The notes beneath the pieces are model-generated. The model did not search any database. It was not told where the DNA came from and worked only from the letters and a program-made list of their open reading frames with translations. A stretch of DNA of 64,000 nucleotides from Escherichia phage vB_VIPECOOM01. Shown piece after piece: positions 14,138 to 24,935 of the stretch. The translations under genes and the position numbers were made by a program. Numbering within the stretch: position 1 is the stretch's first letter; every line of letters starts with the position of its first letter. The stretch is from the sequence record OQ721909; one strand, given 5' to 3'.

Positions 14138-14818
14138 TTATTTTAATGTTACGAAAGAAGAGTTGCGTGTTTCACGAATTAAAACTGATCCGTCACGGTT
14201 AATGTAGTAAATTAAGCTAAATAAAGTTTGATGTGCCGACGCGTGTTCAAAACTAGTTGGGTGAGATTTCCAATCCGGAGTTTCAGCAATCCACTGGTAA
14301 ATCCACCAAGGAACAGTGCAGAATCCTGGATTTTTTCCAATCAGCTGAAGATTCGGACTAAAGTTTTCCGGAAGAGTAAATACAGACGGCTTTTCAGATT
14401 CAATAATCTCAGCTACGGCCTGCTCGAATTTTTCTTCAACAAAAGGAGTATCTTCAATCAAAACATCGGTATTTTCAGGAATTTTATCCGTTTCTACTAC
14501 TTCAATTTTAATGTCAGATTTAAGTGGAGAATCAATCAGAAGTGCTGCTTCTGGATTGACTTCTTCATCGTCATATTTTAATCCCTCTGCAGCATCAGCA
14601 GCATTAATTAAGTCTTTAATAGATAACCCATCAGTCTCTGGCATAGGTTCACTAGCGAGCTTCTGGAGGGCTTCTTCAATATCAATAACGATATTATCAA
14701 AAGATTTATTCTTTTTGACCTTTATACCAAACTGTTCAGCATATTCAGCTAATTTAGCTTTAGCTTCTTTATTATCATCAAGAGCCTTCAGCTCTGCAAT
14801 ATAATCTTTATCTATCAT
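14138..14818 (-). CDS. inh: Inh, inhibitor of prohead protease
   Basis: 226 aa; syntenic between hoc and uvsW. Confidence 0.75.
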   Translation of the reverse strand: MIDKDYIAELKALDDNKEAKAKLAEYAEQFGIKVKKNKSFDNIVIDIEEALQKLASEPMPETDGLSIKDLINAADAAEGLKYDDEEVNPEAALLIDSPLKSDIKIEVVETDKIPENTDVLIEDTPFVEEKFEQAVAEIIESEKPSVFTLPENFSPNLQLIGKNPGFCTVPWWIYQWIAETPDWKSHPTSFEHASAHQTLFSLIYYINRDGSVLIRETRNSSFVTLK

Positions 14819-14831
14819 AATATTTCCTCAG

Positions 14832-14839
14832 TATAAATA
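14832..14839 (+). promoter_or_regulatory. late promoter TATAAATA (uvsW)
   Basis: Exact TATAAATA 30 nt upstream of uvsW ATG. Confidence 0.65.
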
Positions 14840-14868
14840 TAGATATATTTATTACATGGTATTTAGAC

Positions 14869-16380
14869 ATGACTGACATTAAAGTACATTTTTATGATTT
14901 TAGTCACGTGAGAATTGATTGTGAAGAAAGTACATTTCATGAACTCCGTGATTTCTTTAGCTTTGAAGCTGATGGGTATCGTTTTAATCCGAAGTACAAA
15001 TATGGCCACTGGGATGGACGAATCCGTCTTTTAGATTATAATCGCCTTCTTCCATTTGGCTTAGTCGGGCAAATTAAAAAGTTCTGCGATAACTTTGGCT
15101 ATAAAGCTTGGATTGACCCACAAATTAACGAAAAAGAAGAATTATCAAGAAAAGATTTTGATGAATGGCTTTCTAAATTAGAAATCTATTCAGGAAATAA
15201 AAGAATTGAACCGCATTGGTATCAAAAAGATGCAGTGTTCGAAGGATTAGTTAATCGTCGTAGAATTCTTAATCTTCCAACATCCGCAGGTAAATCTTTA
15301 ATTCAAGCTTTGCTTGCACGTTATTATTTGGAAAATTATGAAGGTAAAATTCTTATCATTGTTCCAACAACTGCTTTAACAACTCAGATGGCTGATGACT
15401 TTGTTGACTATCGTTTATTCAGTCATGCAATGATAAAGAAAATCGGCGGTGGAGCATCAAAAGATGATAAATATAAAAATGATGCACCGGTAATTGTTGG
15501 TACATGGCAAACTGTAGTAAAACAACCGAAAGAATGGTTCTCACAGTTTGGAATGATGATGAATGATGAATGCCATCTTGCCACAGGAAAAAGTATTTCA
15601 TCTATCATATCAGGTTTAAATAACTGCATGTTTAAATTTGGTCTATCAGGTTCATTGCGTGATGGCAAAGCTAATATCATGCAGTATGTTGGAATGTTTG
15701 GTGAAATATTTAAGCCAGTAACGACTTCTAAATTAATGGAAGATGGACAAGTAACTGAGTTAAAAATTAATAGTATTTTTCTTCGCTATCCCGATGAGTT
15801 CACTACTAAATTAAAGGGAAAAACTTACCAAGAAGAAATAAAAATTATTACTGGGCTCAGTAAAAGAAATAAATGGATCGCTAAATTAGCTATTAAACTT
15901 GCACAAAAAGATGAAAACGCTTTTGTCATGTTTAAGCATGTATCACATGGTAAAGCTATTTTCGATTTAATTAAAAATGAATACGATAAAGTTTATTACG
16001 TATCAGGAGAAGTTGATACCGAAACACGCAACGTAATGAAAACCCTAGCTGAAAACGGTAAAGGAATAATTATAGTAGCTAGTTATGGTGTATTTTCTAC
16101 TGGTATTTCAGTTAAAAATCTGCATCACGTTGTTTTAGCGCACGGTGTTAAATCTAAAATTATTGTATTGCAAACAATAGGTCGCGTATTACGTAAGCAT
16201 GGTTCTAAAACAATCGCAACGGTCTGGGACCTCATTGATGATTGTGGCGTCAAGCCAAAATCTGCTAATACGAAAAAGAAATACGTTCATTTGAACTATC
16301 TTTTAAAACACGGCATTGATCGTATTCAGCGCTACGCAGATGAAAAATTTAATTACGTAATGAAAACAGTTAATTTATAA
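14869..16380 (+). CDS. uvsW: UvsW RNA-DNA/DNA helicase (SF2)
   Basis: 503 aa; Walker A 'LPTSAGKS', DEAH-like 'NDECH'; late promoter upstream. Confidence 0.93.
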   Translation: MTDIKVHFYDFSHVRIDCEESTFHELRDFFSFEADGYRFNPKYKYGHWDGRIRLLDYNRLLPFGLVGQIKKFCDNFGYKAWIDPQINEKEELSRKDFDEWLSKLEIYSGNKRIEPHWYQKDAVFEGLVNRRRILNLPTSAGKSLIQALLARYYLENYEGKILIIVPTTALTTQMADDFVDYRLFSHAMIKKIGGGASKDDKYKNDAPVIVGTWQTVVKQPKEWFSQFGMMMNDECHLATGKSISSIISGLNNCMFKFGLSGSLRDGKANIMQYVGMFGEIFKPVTTSKLMEDGQVTELKINSIFLRYPDEFTTKLKGKTYQEEIKIITGLSKRNKWIAKLAIKLAQKDENAFVMFKHVSHGKAIFDLIKNEYDKVYYVSGEVDTETRNVMKTLAENGKGIIIVASYGVFSTGISVKNLHHVVLAHGVKSKIIVLQTIGRVLRKHGSKTIATVWDLIDDCGVKPKSANTKKKYVHLNYLLKHGIDRIQRYADEKFNYVMKTVNL

Positions 16381-16405
16381 GGGCTCCGGCCCTTTGGAGA
16401 AAAAG

Positions 16406-16636
16406 ATGTTACTAGAATTTAAACAATTTCTTTATGAAGCTTCTATTGATGAATTTATGGGTAAAATTGCCTCTTGCCAAACATTAGAAGGTCTAGAAGA
16501 ACTTGAAGCTTATTATAAGAAAAGAGTTAAAGAAACTGAATTAAAAGATACTGATGACATCTCTGTGAGAGATGCTTTGGCAGGAAAAAGAGCTGAATTA
16601 GAAGATTCAGACGATGAAGTAGAAGAAAGCTTTTAA
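16406..16636 (+). CDS. UvsW.1-like small acidic protein
   Basis: ORF track start 16394 is TTG; ATG 16406 with GGAG gives 76 aa 'MLLEFKQF...'. Confidence 0.65.
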   Translation: MLLEFKQFLYEASIDEFMGKIASCQTLEGLEELEAYYKKRVKETELKDTDDISVRDALAGKRAELEDSDDEVEESF

Positions 16637-16692
16637 ATTAAAAAAAGGCCCAACCAAAAAGGAAGGGCCAAAACTATAGACTAAAGGTCACA

Positions 16693-16860
16693 CTATAGCA
16701 AAAGTTGTGTTTCATTTAATTGTTCTTCCGAACTTTCTGAAACTGGTAGTTCTTTAATGTAATTATAGCAAGGCCCAGGATGTACAGGACCTTTGTCTGT
16801 TTCAACAACCAATGCAGAATCGATTGGAGTTTTACAGACAACACAAATCTTATCTGACAT
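16693..16860 (-). CDS. small Cys-containing protein, possible zinc ribbon (not in ORF track, 55 aa)
   Basis: Hand-translated: 'MSDKICVVCKTPIDSALVVETDKGPVHPGPCYNYIKELPVSESSEEQLNETQLLL*'; ATG 16860, TAG 16693-16695. Confidence 0.45.
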   Translation of the reverse strand: MSDKICVVCKTPIDSALVVETDKGPVHPGPCYNYIKELPVSESSEEQLNETQLLL

Positions 16861-16888
16861 GATTGTCTCCTCTAAATTATATATCTAT

Positions 16889-17113
16889 TTATATAACTCT
16901 CATATGCATATCAATGCCCATATCTTTAGAATAAAAATATTCATCAAGATATCCGGCAAATTTTCCTTTAATATAAAGTACATCTTCACCGCATGGGTGG
17001 TCGGCCAGAATACGAATATCCTGACGCTTGAGATTATACTTTTTCATTAAGAATTGAATTTCCGTTTCAAATTCTTCTTCATAATTAAAAGCATCATCAA
17101 TGCTATATTTCAT
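16889..17113 (-). CDS. hypothetical protein (uvsY.-2-like)
   Basis: 74 aa ORF directly downstream of uvsY, overlapping stop/start. Confidence 0.55.
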   Translation of the reverse strand: MKYSIDDAFNYEEEFETEIQFLMKKYNLKRQDIRILADHPCGEDVLYIKGKFAGYLDEYFYSKDMGIDMHMRVI

Positions 17114-17526
17114 TATTTTCCAGCCTCAAATGCTCGCATGTCTTGAATATGCTTAATAGCAAATCCACGTGATTTAATAGCATCAAGAGCTCCGCTACAG
17201 AAATCCAATAAAATTCCCCAATATTGTAATGAAGTATCAACTTTTAAAACATCCTTATCAGCTGATAGAACTGTCTTCATTTCTGATTTCTCATAACGGT
17301 CCATACTAAATTCATCACCATCTCCTCGTCCCGAGTAGTAGTCTAATTTAGCTTTAAGAGCAACTTTTTTCTGTGCGTCAATTCTAAGCATTTCCTTTTT
17401 AATACTTGAATGCTTATTGAGCCATTTACTATATAACATCACATTATTAGCTGCTTCATACTGTAATTTAGTCGAATCTATAAACACATCTTTCTTCAAT
17501 TCTTCTTGAAGATCTTCTAATTTCAT
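17113..17526 (-). CDS. uvsY: UvsY recombination mediator
   Basis: 137 aa as T4 UvsY; classic MotA-box middle promoter upstream. Confidence 0.92.
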   Translation of the reverse strand: MKLEDLQEELKKDVFIDSTKLQYEAANNVMLYSKWLNKHSSIKKEMLRIDAQKKVALKAKLDYYSGRGDGDEFSMDRYEKSEMKTVLSADKDVLKVDTSLQYWGILLDFCSGALDAIKSRGFAIKHIQDMRAFEAGK

Positions 17527-17566
17527 ATTGTTCTCTATTCAATTGTTATTGGATGGACTTAGATTC

Positions 17567-17592
17567 ATTATACCACGTTTATACGTGAAGCA
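17567..17592 (-). promoter_or_regulatory. MotA-dependent middle promoter (uvsY)
   Basis: Minus-sense 'aTGCTTCA' (MotA box), 13 nt, then 'TATAAT'. Confidence 0.7.
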
Positions 17593-17991
17593 TTATACTC
17601 TGTTACTGGAAGCCAGTTGTAGTTTTATCTGCTCAATATCATCAGGGTTATCGATGACCGAAAAGCGTATTTCTACTATCAGAGTATAATCATCATAAAC
17701 CGGTATTACATTAACTGCTAATTTATCAATACGTGGCTCGTAGTTTCTTACTGCGCTTTCAATGTTACGCTCAACAGTATCAGCAGTAAGAGGAGTCATA
17801 TTCTCAAAAAGCTGATCAGATAAATCACATCCAAATTCCGGGTCAAATGGTCTCGACCCTTTTCTGGTTGTAATAATTCCCAAAAGGCTATTTTTAATTG
17901 ACCTTAATCCAAGAGATCTAGAAACATCTTTGTCCCAATCCATTTTCATTTCTGGGTCAATGTCAGAATAAAGCTTATTAATATTTGCCAT
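17593..17991 (-). CDS. 25: baseplate wedge / sheath initiator gp25
   Basis: 132 aa '[22 protein letters not shown]...' matches T4 gp25. Confidence 0.92.
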   Translation of the reverse strand: MANINKLYSDIDPEMKMDWDKDVSRSLGLRSIKNSLLGIITTRKGSRPFDPEFGCDLSDQLFENMTPLTADTVERNIESAVRNYEPRIDKLAVNVIPVYDDYTLIVEIRFSVIDNPDDIEQIKLQLASSNRV

Positions 17992-18617
17992 TACAATAGC
18001 TCAAAGAATTCTTTGAGTCCTCTTATTACATGAGCGTGAGATTTTCCACACTCTGGACATTTAATTGGAACAGCCAAATAAACAGTAGGCTTTAAAAGCA
18101 TATCTTTTATAGCTACAATATCTGACTCTGTGATGATAGAATATAAATCTTCCAACTCTTTTTCATTTAAGTCTTCAATTGGAATGCTTTCTCCGTTAGC
18201 ATGAATCGTTTCTATACATGATACTATCATGTGGGCTATGTTTTTATCATCAAAAATTTTAGGGTAATGGAACTTAATTTTAATGTCACCCAGTGTATAC
18301 CAGAGGTCTTCTGGTGCATCTATTCGTGTATGTAATAGATTTATATGGGTTGGTATTTCAGTTCCACAGGTGCACTTCCAGGAGTTTTCGTGATTAACTT
18401 CTCCAAGAGAATGTGCCCATAAATGAATCAATAGTAGTTCTGATTCTTGGCGGTTTAAATCTTTTGCATTTGTACAGTCTTTGATTAGCTTTTTAACGAT
18501 CTCTTCTACTGAACCGTTCTTTTTAGCAGTAATAAGTTCTAGATATTCTTTAAGAGTAAATGCGCGACAGTTGATTATTTTAGAACCAACTCTCACATCA
18601 AATTTGTATTCATACAT
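17991..18617 (-). CDS. 26: baseplate hub protein gp26
   Basis: 208 aa; Cys-rich; coupled to gene 25. Confidence 0.88.
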   Translation of the reverse strand: MYEYKFDVRVGSKIINCRAFTLKEYLELITAKKNGSVEEIVKKLIKDCTNAKDLNRQESELLLIHLWAHSLGEVNHENSWKCTCGTEIPTHINLLHTRIDAPEDLWYTLGDIKIKFHYPKIFDDKNIAHMIVSCIETIHANGESIPIEDLNEKELEDLYSIITESDIVAIKDMLLKPTVYLAVPIKCPECGKSHAHVIRGLKEFFELL

Positions 18618-18638
18618 ATTTAGCTCCTTTATTTATCA

Positions 18639-18650
18639 TATTTATAAATA
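18639..18650. promoter_or_regulatory. overlapping divergent late promoters (TATTTATAAATA) for genes 26 and 51
   Basis: Plus TATAAATA 18643-18650 (gene 51); its complement TATTTATA 18639-18646 serves minus-strand gene 26. Confidence 0.6.
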
Positions 18651-18667
18651 GAATAAAAGGAGCATCT

Positions 18668-19417
18668 ATGGCAAACATTATTCGTTGTAAATTACCAGAT
18701 GGTGTTCATCGTTTTAAACCATTTACGGTAGAAGATTATCGAGATTTTTTGTTAGTTCGAAACGATATAGAACATCGGTCACCACAAGAACAAAAAGAAA
18801 TAATTGCTGATTTAATTGCTGATTATTTTGGAGACTATCCGAAGACTTGGCAACCATTTATATTTTTGCAGGTATTTGTAGGGTCAATAGGTAAAACTAA
18901 AGTACCGGTCACATTTGTATGTCCAAAATGTAAAAAAGAAAAGACAGTTCCATTTGAAATATATCAAAAAGAATTAAAGGAACCTGTTTTTGATGTAGCT
19001 AATGTTAAAATTAAATTAAAGTTTCCTTCTGAGTTTTATGAAAATAAAGCAAAGATGATTACTGAAAATATTCATTCTGTTCAAGTAGATGAAACATGGT
19101 ATGATTGGAAGGAAATTAGCGAATCAAGTCAAATAGAACTTGTTGACGCCATCGAGATAGAAACATTAGAAAAAATTCTCGATGCAATGAATCCTATTAA
19201 TTTAACATTGCACATGTCGTGTTGTAATAAGTATGTAAAAAAATACACTGATATAGTAGATGTGTTTAAGCTATTAGTTAACCCAGATGAGATATTTACT
19301 TTTTATCAAATTAATCACACACTTGTAAAAAGTAATTATAGCTTAAATTCAATAATGAAAATGATTCCTGCCGAGCGCGGATTCGTATTAAAACTGATTG
19401 AGAAGGATAAACAATAA
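18668..19417 (+). CDS. 51: baseplate hub assembly catalyst gp51
   Basis: 249 aa; divergent from gene 26 with shared late-promoter region. Confidence 0.88.
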   Translation: MANIIRCKLPDGVHRFKPFTVEDYRDFLLVRNDIEHRSPQEQKEIIADLIADYFGDYPKTWQPFIFLQVFVGSIGKTKVPVTFVCPKCKKEKTVPFEIYQKELKEPVFDVANVKIKLKFPSEFYENKAKMITENIHSVQVDETWYDWKEISESSQIELVDAIEIETLEKILDAMNPINLTLHMSCCNKYVKKYTDIVDVFKLLVNPDEIFTFYQINHTLVKSNYSLNSIMKMIPAERGFVLKLIEKDKQ

Positions 19418-20592
19418 TGAGTATGTTGCAACGCCCTGGATATCCAAATCTCAGCGTTAAATTATTTGATAGCTACGACGCTTGGAGTAATAATAGATTT
19501 GTTGAATTAGCTGCTACTATTACCACATTAACTATGCGGGATTCTCTTTATGGCCGAAATGAAGGAATGCTGCAGTTTTATGATTCTAAAAATATCCATA
19601 CAAAAATGGATGGAAATGAAATAATTCAGATTTCTGTAGCTAATGCAAACGATATTAATAATGTTAAAACAAGAATTTATGGATGTAAGCATTTTTCCGT
19701 GTCAGTAGATTCAAAGGGTGATAACATCATTGCTATTGAATTGGGAACTATTCATTCTATAGAAAATCTTAAATTTGGCAGACCGTTTTTCCCTGATGCA
19801 GGTGAATCTATAAAGGAAATGCTTGGCGTCATTTATCAAGATCGCACATTATTAACTCCAGCGATAAATGCTATAAATGCTTATGTTCCTGATATTCCAT
19901 GGACTAGCACATTTGAAAACTATTTGTCGTATGTCAGAGAAGTTGCTCTAGCTGTAGGAAGTGACAAATTTGTATTTGTATGGCAAGACATCATGGGAGT
20001 TAACATGATGGACTATGATATGATGATAAATCAAGAACCATATCCAATGATTGTCGGTGAGCCATCTTTAATAGGTCAATTCATCCAAGAATTAAAATAT
20101 CCATTAGCATATGATTTCGTTTGGTTGACTAAATCGAATCCTCACAAACGTGACCCAATGAAAAACGCTACTATCTATGCGCATTCGTTTTTGGATTCTT
20201 CATTGCCAATGATTACTACAGGAAAGGGAGAAAACTCTATTGTAGTGTCAAGGTCAGGTGCTTATTCTGAAATGACTTATAGGAATGGATATGAAGAAGC
20301 TATTCGTCTTCAAACTATGGCGCAATACGATGGCTATGCTAAATGTTCTACTGTCGGTAATTTTAACTTAACCCCTGGCGTTAAAATTATTTTTAATGAT
20401 AGTAAAAACCAATTTAAAACAGAATTTTACGTTGATGAAGTCATCCATGAATTATCCAATAATAATTCAGTAACTCATCTATATATGTTCACTAATGCAA
20501 CGAAACTGGAAACAATAGACCCAGTTAAGGTTAAAAATGAATTTAAATCTGATACTACCACTGAAGAAAATAGTTCTTCCAATAAGCAATAA
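19417..20592 (+). CDS. 27: baseplate hub protein gp27
   Basis: 391 aa as T4 gp27; TAATG coupling. Confidence 0.93.
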   Translation: MSMLQRPGYPNLSVKLFDSYDAWSNNRFVELAATITTLTMRDSLYGRNEGMLQFYDSKNIHTKMDGNEIIQISVANANDINNVKTRIYGCKHFSVSVDSKGDNIIAIELGTIHSIENLKFGRPFFPDAGESIKEMLGVIYQDRTLLTPAINAINAYVPDIPWTSTFENYLSYVREVALAVGSDKFVFVWQDIMGVNMMDYDMMINQEPYPMIVGEPSLIGQFIQELKYPLAYDFVWLTKSNPHKRDPMKNATIYAHSFLDSSLPMITTGKGENSIVVSRSGAYSEMTYRNGYEEAIRLQTMAQYDGYAKCSTVGNFNLTPGVKIIFNDSKNQFKTEFYVDEVIHELSNNNSVTHLYMFTNATKLETIDPVKVKNEFKSDTTTEENSSSNKQ

Positions 20593-21070
20593 AGAAGTTT
20601 CTATTCCTAAAATGGGTCTTAAACATTATAACATTTTAAAAGATGTTAAAGGTCCTGATGAAAATTTAAAACTTCTTATTGATTCTATTTGTCCAAATTT
20701 ATCACCGGCAGAAGTTGATTTCGTTTCTATTCATTTATTGGAATTTAATGGAAAGATTAAATCTCGTAAAGAAATAGATGGTTATACTTATGACATTAAT
20801 GATGTTTATGTATGTCAAAGATTGGAATTTCAATACCAAGGAAATACATTTTATTTTAGACCGCCTGGAAAATTTGAACAATTTTTAACTGTGAGCGATA
20901 TGTTATCCAAATGCTTGCTTAAGGTCAATGATGAAGTTAAAGAAATTAATTTTCTTGAGATGCCAGCATTCGTTTTAAAATGGGCAAATGATATTTTTAC
21001 AACTTTAGCAATTCCTGGCCCTAATGGTCCAATAACCGGAATTGGCAATATTATTGGATTATTTGAATGA
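20537..21070 (+). CDS. 28: baseplate hub distal protein gp28
   Basis: 177 aa; overlaps gene 27 3' end. Confidence 0.85.
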   Translation: MNLNLILPLKKIVLPISNKEVSIPKMGLKHYNILKDVKGPDENLKLLIDSICPNLSPAEVDFVSIHLLEFNGKIKSRKEIDGYTYDINDVYVCQRLEFQYQGNTFYFRPPGKFEQFLTVSDMLSKCLLKVNDEVKEINFLEMPAFVLKWANDIFTTLAIPGPNGPITGIGNIIGLFE

Positions 21071-22839
21071 AAAAGCCACAAGAAATGCAAACGATGCGTA
21101 GAAAAGTTATTTCAGATAATAAACCAACACAGGAAGCGGCTAAATCCGCTTCCAACACTTTATCTGGACTTAACGATATATCTACGAAATTGGATGATGC
21201 TCAAGCTGCTTCTGAATTAATTGCTCAAACTGTCGAAGAAAAATCGAATGAAATAATTGGAGCAATTGACAACGTAGAAAACGCAGTGAGTGATACTACT
21301 GCCGGTTCTGAGTTAATTGCTGAAACTGTTGAAATTGGCAACAATATTAATAAAGAAATCGGTGAATCGCTCGGGAGTAAATTAGATAAATTAACGAGTT
21401 TATTAGAGCAAAAAATTCAGACAGCCGGAATTCAACAAACAGGAACTAGTTTAGCTACGGTTGAAAGCGCTATTCCTGTTAAAGTTGTTGAGGACGATAC
21501 AGCTGAATCTGTGGGTCCTTTATTACCGGCTCCTGAAGCAGTTAATAATGATCCTGACGCTGATTTTTTCCCTACCCCTCAGCCAGTTGAACCCAAACAA
21601 GAATCACCAGAAGAAAAACAGAAAAAAGAAGCATTTAACTTAAAATTATCTCAAGCTTTAGATAAATTAACAAAGACGGTTGATTTTGGATTTAAGAAAT
21701 CCATTTCAATTACTGATAAAATATCAAGCATGTTATTTAAGTATACCGTCAGTGCTGCTATTGAAGCTGCTAAAATGACTGCAATGATATTGGCTGTTGT
21801 TGTCGGAATAGACTTGTTGATGGTTCATTTCAAATATTGGTCAGATAAATTTTCACAGGCTTGGGATTTGTTTAGTACAGACTTTACTAAATTCTCTAGC
21901 GAAACCGGAACATGGGGTCCTTTATTACAGAGCATCTTTAGTTCTATTGATGAAATTAAAAAATTCTGGGAAGAGGGAGATTGGGGCGGTTTGACGGTAG
22001 CTATTGTAGAAGGGCTTGGAAAGGTTCTTTATAATTTAGGAGAACTTATTCAGCTTGGAATGGCTAAATTATCTGCGGCAATTCTTCGAGTTATTCCTGG
22101 TATGAAGGATACTGCTGATGAAGTAGAAGGAAGAGCACTAGAAAATTTCCAAAATTCTACTGGAGCATCTCTCAATAAAGAAGACCAGGAAAAAGTTGCA
22201 AATTATCAAGATAAACGAATGAACGGAGACCTTGGTCCGATAGCAAAAGGATTAGATAAAATTGCGAACTGGAAAACTCGTGCATCTAACTGGATTCGTG
22301 GCGTTGATAATAAAGAAGCACTAACTACTGACGAAGAACGTGCAGCAGAAGAAGAAAAATTAAAGCAACTTTCACCAGAAGAAAGAAAAAATGCTTTAAT
22401 GAAGGCTAATGAAGCCCGTGCCGCGATGATTCGTTTTGAAAAATATGCTGATTCGGCTGATATGAGTAAAGACTCAACAGTTAAATCAGTTGAAGCTGCC
22501 TATGAAGACCTTAAAAAACGGATGGATGACCCAGATTTAAATAATTCACCGGCAGTTAAAAAAGAACTTGCTGCTAGATTTTCTAAAATTGATGCTACAT
22601 ATCAAGAGCTCAAGAAAAATCAGCCTAATGCCAAACCTGAAACTTCTGCTAAATCGCCAGAAGCAAAACAAGTCCAGGTAATAGAAAAGAACAAAGCACA
22701 GCAAGCTCCTGTTCAACAAGCATCTCCTTCGATCAATAATACTAATAATGTTATTAAGAAAAATACTGTCGTTCATAATATGACACCCGTAACGAGCACG
22801 ACTGCTCCTGGTGTATTTGATGCGACTGGAGTTAATTAA
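21067..22839 (+). CDS. 29: baseplate hub / tail length determinator gp29
   Basis: 590 aa; ATGA overlap with gene 28. Confidence 0.9.
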   Translation: MKKPQEMQTMRRKVISDNKPTQEAAKSASNTLSGLNDISTKLDDAQAASELIAQTVEEKSNEIIGAIDNVENAVSDTTAGSELIAETVEIGNNINKEIGESLGSKLDKLTSLLEQKIQTAGIQQTGTSLATVESAIPVKVVEDDTAESVGPLLPAPEAVNNDPDADFFPTPQPVEPKQESPEEKQKKEAFNLKLSQALDKLTKTVDFGFKKSISITDKISSMLFKYTVSAAIEAAKMTAMILAVVVGIDLLMVHFKYWSDKFSQAWDLFSTDFTKFSSETGTWGPLLQSIFSSIDEIKKFWEEGDWGGLTVAIVEGLGKVLYNLGELIQLGMAKLSAAILRVIPGMKDTADEVEGRALENFQNSTGASLNKEDQEKVANYQDKRMNGDLGPIAKGLDKIANWKTRASNWIRGVDNKEALTTDEERAAEEEKLKQLSPEERKNALMKANEARAAMIRFEKYADSADMSKDSTVKSVEAAYEDLKKRMDDPDLNNSPAVKKELAARFSKIDATYQELKKNQPNAKPETSAKSPEAKQVQVIEKNKAQQAPVQQASPSINNTNNVIKKNTVVHNMTPVTSTTAPGVFDATGVN

Positions 22840-22847
22840 GGAATAAT

Positions 22848-23942
22848 ATGGCAATTGTTAAAGAAATAACTGCTGATTTAATTAAAAAGTCCGGTGAGAA
22901 AATTTCAGCCGGACAGAGTACTAAATCAGAAGTAGCAACTAAAACATACACTGCCCAGTTTCCAACTGGGCGTGCTAGTGGTAATGACACTACAGGGGAC
23001 TTCCAGGTAACAGATCTATATAAGAATGGATTATTATTTACTGCATACAATATGTCATCTAGGGATTCTGGAAGTCTTAGATCGATGAGATCTAACTACT
23101 CTTCTTCATCTTCGAGTATTTTACGTACAGCCAGAAACACTATCAGTAATACAGTATCAAAACTGTCAAATGGATTAATATCAGATAATAATTCAGGAAC
23201 AATAAGTAAAGCACCTGTTGCAAATATTCTTTTACCAAGATCTAAATCCGATGTTGATACATCATCACATAGATTTAATGATGTTCAAGAAAGTCTTATC
23301 AGTAGAGGCGGAGGTACTGCTACTGGTGTGTTAAGTAATATTGCTTCAACTGCAGTATTTGGGGCACTGGAAAGTATAACGCAAGGTATAATGGCTGATA
23401 ATAATGAACAGATTTATACGACAGCCAGAAGTATGTATGGCGGTGCTGAGAATAGAACTAAAGTGTTTACATGGGATTTGACGCCACGTTCAACAGAAGA
23501 TTTGATGGCTATTATTAATATCTATCAATATTTTAACTATTTTTCTTATGGTGAAACGGGCAAATCTCAATATGCTGCTGAAATAAAGGGGTATTTAGAT
23601 GATTGGTATCGTTCTACATTAATTGAACCTTTATCTCCGGAAGACGCAGCTAAAAATAAAACACTATTTGAGAAAATGACATCGAGTTTAACTAACGTTC
23701 TAGTAGTTTCAAACCCGACAATTTGGATGGTGAAAAACTTTGGTGCAACATCTAAGTTTGATGGAAAAACGGAAATATTTGGCCCATGCCAAATACAGAG
23801 CATCAGATTTGATAAAACACCTAATGGTAACTTTAACGGATTAGCTATTGCTCCAAACCTCCCTAGTACATTTACTCTTGAGATTACTATGAGAGAAATT
23901 ATCACGTTAAACCGTGCTTCTTTATATGCGGGGACTTTTTAA
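22848..23942 (+). CDS. 48: baseplate-tail tube junction protein gp48
   Basis: 364 aa as T4 gp48. Confidence 0.9.
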   Translation: MAIVKEITADLIKKSGEKISAGQSTKSEVATKTYTAQFPTGRASGNDTTGDFQVTDLYKNGLLFTAYNMSSRDSGSLRSMRSNYSSSSSSILRTARNTISNTVSKLSNGLISDNNSGTISKAPVANILLPRSKSDVDTSSHRFNDVQESLISRGGGTATGVLSNIASTAVFGALESITQGIMADNNEQIYTTARSMYGGAENRTKVFTWDLTPRSTEDLMAIINIYQYFNYFSYGETGKSQYAAEIKGYLDDWYRSTLIEPLSPEDAAKNKTLFEKMTSSLTNVLVVSNPTIWMVKNFGATSKFDGKTEIFGPCQIQSIRFDKTPNGNFNGLAIAPNLPSTFTLEITMREIITLNRASLYAGTF

Positions 23943-24907
23943 TGTATTCTTTAGAGGAATTTAATAATCAAGCAATAAACGCAGATTTCCAACGTAATAA
24001 TATGTTTAGCTGCGTTTTTGCGACAACTCCATCAACTAAAAGCTCTTCGTTGATAAGTTCAATTAGCAACTTTTCTTATAATAACTTGGGTCTAAATTCA
24101 GATTGGTTAGGATTGACTCAAGGCGATATTAATCAGGGAATTACCACGCTAATTACCGCTGGCACACAAAAACTGATAAGAAAATCAGGGGTTAGTAAAT
24201 ATCTTATTGGTGCCATGAGTCAACGTACAGTTCAAAGTTTATTGGGCTCATTTACAGTTGGTACATATTTAATCGACTTCTTTAATATGGCATATAACTC
24301 ATCTGGATTGATGATATATTCCGTAAAAATGCCAGAGAATAGATTATCCTATGAAACTGACTGGAACTATAATTCTCCTAATATTCGTATAACTGGGAGA
24401 GAATTAGACCCTTTGGTTATTTCATTTAGGATGGATTCAGAAGCTTGTAACTATCGTGCAATGCAAGACTGGGTTAACGCTGTTCAAGACCCAGTAACTG
24501 GACTGCGTGCTTTGCCGCAAGATGTCGAGGCAGATATTCAGGTTAATCTTCATGCTCGTAATGGATTACCTCATACTGCTGTGATGTTCACCGGATGCAT
24601 TCCAGTGTCAGTGAGTGCTCCTGAGTTATCATATGATGGAGATAACCAAATAACTACATTTGATGTTACTTTTGCGTATAGAGTCATGCAGGCTGGGTCG
24701 GTTGATAGACAAGCTGCGCTTGAGTGGCTTGAATCTGCTGCTATAAATGGCATCCAAAGCGTTCTCGGAAATAGCGGAGGCGTTACTGGATTATCTAATT
24801 CGCTTTCACGACTTAGTAGATTAGGAGGAACTGCGGGAAGCATTTCAAACATTAGTACTATGACGGGAATTGTCAATTCGCAAAGTAAAATATTAGGAGC
24901 AATATAA
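23942..24907 (+). CDS. 54: tail tube initiator gp54
   Basis: 321 aa; TAATG coupling; GAAA hairpin terminator downstream. Confidence 0.9.
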   Translation: MYSLEEFNNQAINADFQRNNMFSCVFATTPSTKSSSLISSISNFSYNNLGLNSDWLGLTQGDINQGITTLITAGTQKLIRKSGVSKYLIGAMSQRTVQSLLGSFTVGTYLIDFFNMAYNSSGLMIYSVKMPENRLSYETDWNYNSPNIRITGRELDPLVISFRMDSEACNYRAMQDWVNAVQDPVTGLRALPQDVEADIQVNLHARNGLPHTAVMFTGCIPVSVSAPELSYDGDNQITTFDVTFAYRVMQAGSVDRQAALEWLESAAINGIQSVLGNSGGVTGLSNSLSRLSRLGGTAGSISNISTMTGIVNSQSKILGAI

Positions 24908-24911
24908 CAAT

Positions 24912-24929
24912 GGGGACCGAAAGGTCCCC
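24912..24929 (+). terminator. hairpin terminator after gene 54
   Basis: ggggacc-gaaa-ggtcccc then 'atattttt'. Confidence 0.75.
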
Positions 24930-24935
24930 ATATTT

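Noticed and set aside
16381-16392. gggc-tccg-gccc short hairpin after uvsW
   Set aside because: Only a 4-bp stem, and the next ORF (uvsW.1) starts 14 nt later; more likely just a spacer, so not called as a terminator
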